The translations under genes and the position numbers were made by a program. From a bacterium (GTDB lineage Bacteria; UBA8248; JACPRG01; G963555815), in assembly GCA_965218795.1 (NCBI GenBank), contig OZ244653.1, positions 96,001 to 160,000 on the forward strand: 64,000 nucleotides of DNA. Direction: 5' to 3'. Below the pieces are notes generated by a model that had not been told where the DNA came from, made no database searches, and was given only the letters and a program-made list of their open reading frames with translations. The stretch's first letter is position 1, and the number at the start of each line of letters is the position of its first letter. Of this stretch, positions 57,766-64,000 are shown piece after piece.

Positions 57766-59814
57766 TTGAGCGCACAAACGGACGCAAAAGCAACGGTTAT
57801 CGGGATCGACGTCGGCGGGACCTTCACCGACCTCGTCGGGTTCGATCCTGACTCCGGAGATTTGAAGGTCGTCAAGGTTTTCTCAACGCCGGACGATCAG
57901 GCCCGGGGCCTTCTCCACGGCCTGGACAACCTCGGCATTCCCATCCAGTCGATCGGCATGGTCGTCCACGGGTCCACGGTCGCCACGAACGCGGTCGTCG
58001 AGCGGAGGGGGGCGCGGGTCGGCCTCCTGACGACGAGGGGATTCCGCGATGTTCTCGAGATTCGCCGTCGGGACCGCCATCACGCCTACGGGCTGACCGG
58101 CGATTTCAAGCCCCTTGTCCCCCGAAATCTTCGACTGGAGGTGGATGAGCGGAGCGACCACAAAGGGAACATTCTCAAACCTGTCGACCCGGAGGAGATC
58201 GCGCGTCTCGGAAAGCAGCTCCTGGACGATGGGTGCGAGGCCGTCGTTGTCAGCTTCCTTCACTGCTATGCCAACCCGGCGAACGAGCAGAAAGCCAAGG
58301 AGGCGCTTCTCAGCTTCTGGCCCAACGATTACATCGAGCTGAGCTCCGAGGTCCTCCCCGAGTTCCGGGAATTCGAGCGAACGAGCACGACCGTGGTCAA
58401 CGCCTACGTCCGGCCGCTGGTCTCCCGTTATCTGCGGTCCGTTGGCGACCAGCTCCGCGGGGACGGCTTCGACCGCGACATCGTGATGATCCAGAGCAAC
58501 GGCGGCGGGATGAGCCTGGAAGCGGCGGAGCGGTACTCGGTCAACACCGTCCTGTCGGGTCCGGCGGCCGGAGCGATCGCCGCGGCCTACATCGCCTCCA
58601 GCGCCGGCCACACCGAGGTCATCTCGGGGGATATGGGCGGCACATCCTTTGACGCCTGTCTGATCCGCGGCGGCAGGCCCGAGGTCAGCTCCGACCGGTA
58701 TCTCGAATTCGGCGTGCCCGTCCGGATCTCCATGATCGACATTCGCACCATCGGCGCGGGCGGGGGTTCCATCGCCTGGATCGATTCCGGCGGCCTCCTG
58801 GAGATTGGCCCCCACAGCGCGGGCGCCGTCCCCGGCCCGGTCGGTTATGACCGCGGCGGCACGGAGCCCACGGTGACGGACGCGAATCTCGTCCTGGGAC
58901 GCATCAATCCCGAGTACTCCATTGCCCGGGAGGAGGGTTTCTCCCTCAACGTGGAGAGCGCCCGAAAGGCCATCGAGGAGAAGATCGCCAACCCCCTGGG
59001 ACTGGGAGTGGAGGAGGCCGCGGAGGCCGTGATCCAGGTCGCCAACATCAAGATGGCCAACGCCCTCAGGGTGGTGAGCATCGAAAAGGGCCACGACCCC
59101 CGCGAGTTTTTCCAGGTGGGGTTCGGAGGCGCGGGTCCGCTTCACGCGGCGGCCTTGGCCCAGGAGCTGGGCATCCGGAAAACGCTGATCCCCTACCTGC
59201 CCGGCGTCACCTCCGCCATGGGCTGCATCCTGGCCGACATGCGGCACGATTGGGTCCAGACGCTGAACGCCCCGCTCGATTCCGCCGATATGGCCGAGAT
59301 CCACGGAATCTATGAAGACCACGTCCGCAGGGGAGAGGAGGTCCTCGCGAGCGCCCAATCCTACATGACGGGCGCCGCTCACCTCTTCGAAGCGGACATG
59401 CAGTTCTCGGGACAAACCCACACCGTGCGCGTCACCCTGGCCTCGCAGAAACCCGCCGGCGATGAGATGCGCGAGAACTTCCTCCGGGAGTACACGGGCC
59501 GCTACGGCGATGTGCTTGTGGATACCCCCGTCATGATCGTCAATCTGCGAACGGCGGTGATCGGTCTGCGGCCGAAGGTGGATTTCGGTTCCCTGCTCAA
59601 CGGCGCCGGCGGCGACCCTTTCAAGGGGGAGCGTCGGATCTACTTCGGCAAGGGCTGGTTCGACTGTCCCACGTATGAGCGGACGCGGCTTCCCGTGGGG
59701 TTCAGCGGTGAAGGACCCGCGATCATCGAGCAGGCGGACAGCACGGTCTTTGTGGAGCCGGAGATGGCCTGGTCGGTCGACGAGTCCGGAAACATCCTCC
59801 TGGAGGTTCAATAA
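57766..59814 (+). CDS. Hydantoinase A/oxoprolinase family (second copy)
   Basis: DVGGTFTD, REFERTST, SGPAAG, DMGGTS, IGAGGGSI, GGAGPLH. Confidence 0.93.
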   Translation: MSAQTDAKATVIGIDVGGTFTDLVGFDPDSGDLKVVKVFSTPDDQARGLLHGLDNLGIPIQSIGMVVHGSTVATNAVVERRGARVGLLTTRGFRDVLEIRRRDRHHAYGLTGDFKPLVPRNLRLEVDERSDHKGNILKPVDPEEIARLGKQLLDDGCEAVVVSFLHCYANPANEQKAKEALLSFWPNDYIELSSEVLPEFREFERTSTTVVNAYVRPLVSRYLRSVGDQLRGDGFDRDIVMIQSNGGGMSLEAAERYSVNTVLSGPAAGAIAAAYIASSAGHTEVISGDMGGTSFDACLIRGGRPEVSSDRYLEFGVPVRISMIDIRTIGAGGGSIAWIDSGGLLEIGPHSAGAVPGPVGYDRGGTEPTVTDANLVLGRINPEYSIAREEGFSLNVESARKAIEEKIANPLGLGVEEAAEAVIQVANIKMANALRVVSIEKGHDPREFFQVGFGGAGPLHAAALAQELGIRKTLIPYLPGVTSAMGCILADMRHDWVQTLNAPLDSADMAEIHGIYEDHVRRGEEVLASAQSYMTGAAHLFEADMQFSGQTHTVRVTLASQKPAGDEMRENFLREYTGRYGDVLVDTPVMIVNLRTAVIGLRPKVDFGSLLNGAGGDPFKGERRIYFGKGWFDCPTYERTRLPVGFSGEGPAIIEQADSTVFVEPEMAWSVDESGNILLEVQ

Positions 59815-59839
59815 GAAGAGCAAAACAAAAAATTTTCCA

Positions 59840-59938
59840 GGGGGGCAGGTATGGCCTGCTTCGTTTTCGCCGGGCACAAGGGTTGAATGATTCACGATTT
59901 CCTTTTCCAGCCCGGCTGCGTCGCTCTGGGACGCCGCC
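59840..59938 (+). repeat. Structured dispersed repeat, copy C
   Basis: GGGGCAGGTATGGCCTGCTTCGTTTTCGCCGGGC...GCCCGGCTGCGTCGC; inverted relative to copies A and B. Confidence 0.8.
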
Positions 59939-60203
59939 AAATCGAGGGGGTGTGTGGCCCCGCTTCGCGGGTATCGAAAAGCAATGCGCCACAGAGTTCC
60001 TGAATCGAAAGTAGACTCTCATCCGCGAAAAGGCTGGTGCGCCAGCGCCCAAATGCCCTTCAGCCTGTCTTTCAGGGGCCGGCCTTCAATAAGGCCCCCA
60101 AGAGACTCAGTCATTTTCCCAGGCGCGTTGCTCCCTGAAATGCGGCCCCCGCAGATCGGTGACATATCTCATTCACTCGAGGCATTGAAAGGAACCCTGA
60201 ATC

Positions 60204-61973
60204 ATGGCCGTTGATCCAGTCACTCTGGCCGTCGTGAAGGCGAGCCTGGAATTCACTGCCGACGAGATGGACACCGCCATGATCAAAACGTCCTTTTCGC
60301 CCGTCATCGCCGAGGGCCACGACCGCGCCAATGGTATCTACGACGGCGTCACGGGGGAGGTCATCGCCCAGGGGGACGACGCGCTTCCCATCTTCGTCGG
60401 GGCCATGCAGTTCACGGTCCAGGCGACGCTCGAAGTCGTGGATGATTTCAAGCCGGGCGACATCTTCATGGTGAACGACCCGTACACGGGCGGAACCCAC
60501 CTGATGGACGTCTCCCTCCTGAAGCCCTTCTATTACGAAGGAAAGATCTTCGCCTGGCTGGCGAACACCGGTCACTGGCCGGACATCGGGGGCTCCGCTC
60601 CGGGGGGATTCGTGAGCAAGGCGACGGAGATCCTCCAGGAAGGACTCCGGCTTCCGCCCGTCCGCCTGTTTCGGGAAGGAGAGATGAACGAGGACCTCCT
60701 GAACCTGATCCTCGCCAACATCCGGGTGCCCGACGAGCGCATCGGCGACATCAAGGCTGCGGTCAATGCGCTCCACGTGGGCGAGGTCCGACTCAAGGCC
60801 ATCCTGGACAAATACGGTCTCGATACCGTGCGCGAATGCATCGCCGAGATGAAGACGCACTCTGAAAAAATGATGCGGGCCCACATCGAGGCCATCCCCG
60901 ACGGGACCTATTCCTTCACCGATTACATGGACAGCGACGGCGTGGTGAACGAGCCGCTGACCATCCATTGCGACATGACGACCCAGGGCTCGGACATGCA
61001 CCTCGACTTCCGCAAGACCAGCCCGCCGTGCAAGGGGCCGACTTCAAGCGTGCTGTCGAACACCATCGCCGCGTTCTACGTGGCCATCAAGCATGTCTTC
61101 ACCGATGTGCCCGTGAACTCGGGCATGTTCGTCCCCTTCACGTTCGACGTGCCGGACACAACGTTCCTGAACTCCAAGTTCCCCAAGCCCTGCGCGGCCT
61201 GCACCGCGGAGGTCGGCCAGCGGGTCGTAGACGTCATCTTCGGCTGTCTGGCCCAGGCCATCCCGGACAAGCTGTTCGGCGCGCCGTTTTCGACGAACAA
61301 CGATCTCGTCGTCGGCGGGGACGACCCGGAGAAAGGCAAGGATTACGTCATCTACATCTACCAGGGCGGCGGATACGGGGGCTCCAAAGTCTCCGAGGGT
61401 CTGACCAACGGGGCCTCCACCATCGGCATCTCCCGCGTTCCGCCGGCGGAGCTGTACGAGCAGCGCTATCCCTTCCGGGTTCGGCACTTCGAGCTGTTCG
61501 AGGATTCCGCGGGCTCCGGCTGGCACCGGGGCGGGTTCGGCACGTCGTACAAGTTCGAGCTTCTGCGGGGGGAGGGTTTCTGCTCGGTCATCGGCGACCG
61601 GGGAAAGTTCCCGCCCTTCGGAATTCTCGGGGGAACGCCCGCGCGCCTCAGCGAGATCATCTTCGAGATCGATGGGAAGGAATACCGGCCCGAGCACGTC
61701 ACCAAGGACACCCGCGTTCACCTCCGGCCGGGCGACACGATCGAGGTCCATTCGCCGGGCGGGGGCGGCTACGGTGATCCCTTGACCCGGGACCTGGCGC
61801 TCGTGCAGGAGGACGTAATCTCCGGGCGCGTCTTCCGGGAGACCGCGGAACGCGACTACGGCGCCGTCTTCAAAGGCGACACCCTGGAACTGGATCTCCC
61901 GGCCACCGAATCCCGGCGGAAGGAGATCGCGAAAAGCGCTCCCCCGACTGAGAACTTCGGGGACAAGTCCTGA
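60204..61973 (+). CDS. Hydantoinase B/oxoprolinase family (second copy)
   Basis: DPVTLAV, NDPYTGGTHLMD, HWPDIGG..PG, QEG, SPGGGGYGDP. Confidence 0.93.
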   Translation: MAVDPVTLAVVKASLEFTADEMDTAMIKTSFSPVIAEGHDRANGIYDGVTGEVIAQGDDALPIFVGAMQFTVQATLEVVDDFKPGDIFMVNDPYTGGTHLMDVSLLKPFYYEGKIFAWLANTGHWPDIGGSAPGGFVSKATEILQEGLRLPPVRLFREGEMNEDLLNLILANIRVPDERIGDIKAAVNALHVGEVRLKAILDKYGLDTVRECIAEMKTHSEKMMRAHIEAIPDGTYSFTDYMDSDGVVNEPLTIHCDMTTQGSDMHLDFRKTSPPCKGPTSSVLSNTIAAFYVAIKHVFTDVPVNSGMFVPFTFDVPDTTFLNSKFPKPCAACTAEVGQRVVDVIFGCLAQAIPDKLFGAPFSTNNDLVVGGDDPEKGKDYVIYIYQGGGYGGSKVSEGLTNGASTIGISRVPPAELYEQRYPFRVRHFELFEDSAGSGWHRGGFGTSYKFELLRGEGFCSVIGDRGKFPPFGILGGTPARLSEIIFEIDGKEYRPEHVTKDTRVHLRPGDTIEVHSPGGGGYGDPLTRDLALVQEDVISGRVFRETAERDYGAVFKGDTLELDLPATESRRKEIAKSAPPTENFGDKS

Positions 61974-62076
61974 GAGGGGCGCGTGGATGGACGTGTCGGA
62001 TTACGCTTCGCTGATCCGGCCTGCGGGGCTTGAGAGGCTTCGGGATCGAACCAGAGACCGCCGTCAGCCTCGGTTC

Positions 62077-62250
62077 GTCATTCCCGCCCCCGCTGCATAC
62101 ATGCGGGGACAGGCTCCGGCGGGAATCCACTTCAACACATAGACCCCCAATACTCTGGATTCCTGCGTGCGCAGGAATGACAGACGACAGGAGACCGCAC
62201 ACCATCCGCGGCGTCTGGCCTCCGGCTACCCCCCCCTGATAAAGGGGGGT
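62077..62250. repeat. REP-like cluster (paired GTCATTCCCGC/GGAATCC units and CCCCCC-GGGGGG)
   Basis: GTCATTCCCGC...GGCGGGAATCCA, TGGATTCCTGCGTGCGCAGGAATGAC, CCCCCCTGATAAAGGGGGG. Confidence 0.75.
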
Positions 62251-62347
62251 GGAACTGCGCTGTTCAGCGCGTTTTCCCGCATTCTGGATCTCCTACCCGA
62301 ACGATCTGCGTGTGGTCGTCAACGGGTATGGGGAGGGGGCTACGGTC

Positions 62348-63554
62348 ATGAATGACTTGAAGGACTACAAGGCGCTGTTGAAACAGGCGGGCCTGTTGTA
62401 CCTGATGTATGAAGCGGGACGCCCGGACCCCTTCAACGTCTTCTCCGTTTTGCGCAGGGAAAGCGATGAGGTGAACCTTCACTCCCGATTCCTGGCCGCG
62501 CTGCTCGATCACCGGAAGTCGCGTGATGCGCCGCAAGAAAACCTGAAGGACTTTTTGGAGAATGTCGTCAAACGAAAGTTTGAACATGACAGTGCAGAGG
62601 TCGATCGGGAGCGTGATGGCATCGACATCCTGATCGTCAACAAGGCCAAACAGGCGGTCGCGATCGAGAACAAAATCGACGCCCGCGATCAACCCGGACA
62701 GCTACAGAGGATACCACGACAAATTGAAGGAGAACGGGTACAACGAAATACATATGCTGTACCTGACGCTTCATGGCGACGACCCCTCTGAGGAGAGCTG
62801 CGGCGCTCTCCCCATCGACAAAATCATCAACATTTCCTACAAGAGTGATCTTCGTCCTTGGCTGAAACGTTGCCAGGAACGCGCCTGCGACGAACCCGCC
62901 CTGCGGGAATCGGTCGCGCAATACCTGCATCTCATTCAGAAGATGACAGGTACGGATCAGGAGGGGACATACATGAGCGAGTTGAAGAAACTCTGCCTGG
63001 AGGACAACAACCCTGTTCTCGTCCATGACTTGTACTGGGTCATGATCGAAGAAATGGTTTCGTTACAGCATAAGCTTTGGGAGGACATCGAAAAGGCGTT
63101 GGATAAGATTCCTAATTTTCCGGACAAAGACAAAAACAATTCGAACACCTCCCGGGACTTGATTGAAGGCTTTGTCACCGGAAAGAGAGGATGCGGAGAG
63201 TATGGCCTGTATTATCCGCTTGACGGGAACGGCGCCTCACTGAGCGTTGATGTTGAGACCGGTGATAGTAGAATCGGCTTCGGCATCAAATGTTCCGAAG
63301 AATTTCACCCAGACAAGCACAGCAGACTCAAAGAGAAGTTGAAGGACATGAGCGGGGAAAGCGCGGAGTGGTGGCCTTGGTTTAAGTACGCCGACGGAGA
63401 TCTATATCTGAAACCCCTCGACGGGGAGAGCCTCTCGAAGAGCCTCGTGTTGTTGTCGAAGGATGAAGCCAGGAAAAAGTTTGCAGCGGGAATCGCATGT
63501 GGTTTGAAGCGAGTTTGGGACAAGGTCAAGCCGACCTCGGGTGGGTCGCCGTGA
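62348..63554 (+). pseudogene. PD-(D/E)XK nuclease family (PDDEXK_4-like) protein split by a +1 frameshift
   Basis: FNVFSVL..ESDEVNLHSRFLAALLD, IDILI, IENKIDARDQPGQLQR; removing one base near 62709 continues as YHDKLKE...YLTLHG. Confidence 0.8.
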
Positions 63555-63658
63555 AGGTGATCAATCACCTGGGCGATGTGGTCATGAAAGCGCCTTGTTT
63601 TTAGGCTATTTCAAAATATGAAATTGACATAGCCTAATTTTTCCAATAGACTCTCGCC

Positions 63659-64000
63659 ATGATTGAGCGAGACCTCGCGCCAAAGCTAAAGAAGGCGGCT
63701 CGCCAATTCTCCTCCATCACGCTCACCGGCCCCCGGCAAAGCGGCAAGACTACTCTATGCAAAGCCGTGTTTTCGCAGCATCCGTACGCGACTCTCGAGG
63801 CTCCGGACGTACGCGCTTTCGCGACGGAGGATCCCCGTGCCTTCCTGAACCAGTTTCCCGAAGGGGCTGTCATCGACGAGGTGCAACGCGTCCCGGACCT
63901 ACTCTCCTACTTGCAGGGCGTCATCGACGCGGATCCGACGCCCGGACGCTGGATTCTCACGGGCTCGCAAAACCTCTCCCTGCTTGAGTCGGTCAGCCAA
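63659..64000 (+). CDS. AAA_14/DUF4143-type ATP-binding protein; runs off the window edge
   Basis: MIERDL...LTGPRQSGKTT (Walker A), IDEVQRVP (Walker B), ILTGSQ. Confidence 0.88.
   Translation, partial: MIERDLAPKLKKAARQFSSITLTGPRQSGKTTLCKAVFSQHPYATLEAPDVRAFATEDPRAFLNQFPEGAVIDEVQRVPDLLSYLQGVIDADPTPGRWILTGSQNLSLLESVSQ

Noticed and set aside
57883-59940. Long antisense ORFs (685 aa here; also 52727-54649, 38932-40338, 2181-3434)
   Set aside because: They are shadow frames opposite well-supported genes, as expected in high-GC DNA.

Overview
This is a GC-rich bacterial chromosomal window, probably from a metagenome-assembled genome; the taxon cannot be determined from the sequence. Catabolic genes dominate: three amidohydrolase-fold proteins, a Rieske oxygenase and a Rieske ferredoxin, two LLM oxidoreductases, GMC, SDR and beta-hydroxyacid dehydrogenases, a Mo-hydroxylase large subunit, two hydantoinase/oxoprolinase A+B pairs, MhpD/DmpH-like enzymes, GH20 and three orphan solute-binding proteins. 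There is a small housekeeping block (TrmJ-like methyltransferase, ade, CitE-like lyase, HU). Accessory and defence patches carry two type II toxin-antitoxin loci, an Abi_C/HEPN protein, a single-chain N6-MTase restriction-modification enzyme, two frameshifted PD-(D/E)XK nucleases and an AAA_14/DUF4143 ATPase. An IS1595 (IS1016-like) element and an IS3 element are apparently complete. The spacers are packed with short gene relics (two REP-associated Y1 transposases, IS481, IS630, integrase, MmeI, pstS, histidine kinase, hydantoinase B) and several families of palindromic or dispersed repeats. No rRNA, tRNA or CRISPR array was seen. Best leads: (1) a ~97-nt three-hairpin element with a compensatory base change, found three times in sense orientation upstream of catabolic genes; (2) GGGACACCA(T) RAYT-type ends next to AT-rich gene cassettes; (3) a putative amidohydrolase-fold oxygenase with a Rieske ferredoxin; (4) an ATP-dependent lactamase coupled to lower meta-pathway enzymes; (5) a chromosomal FseA-like (DUF6499-DUF2285) protein outside any ICE. 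All assignments come from motif recognition by eye; no database search was run.
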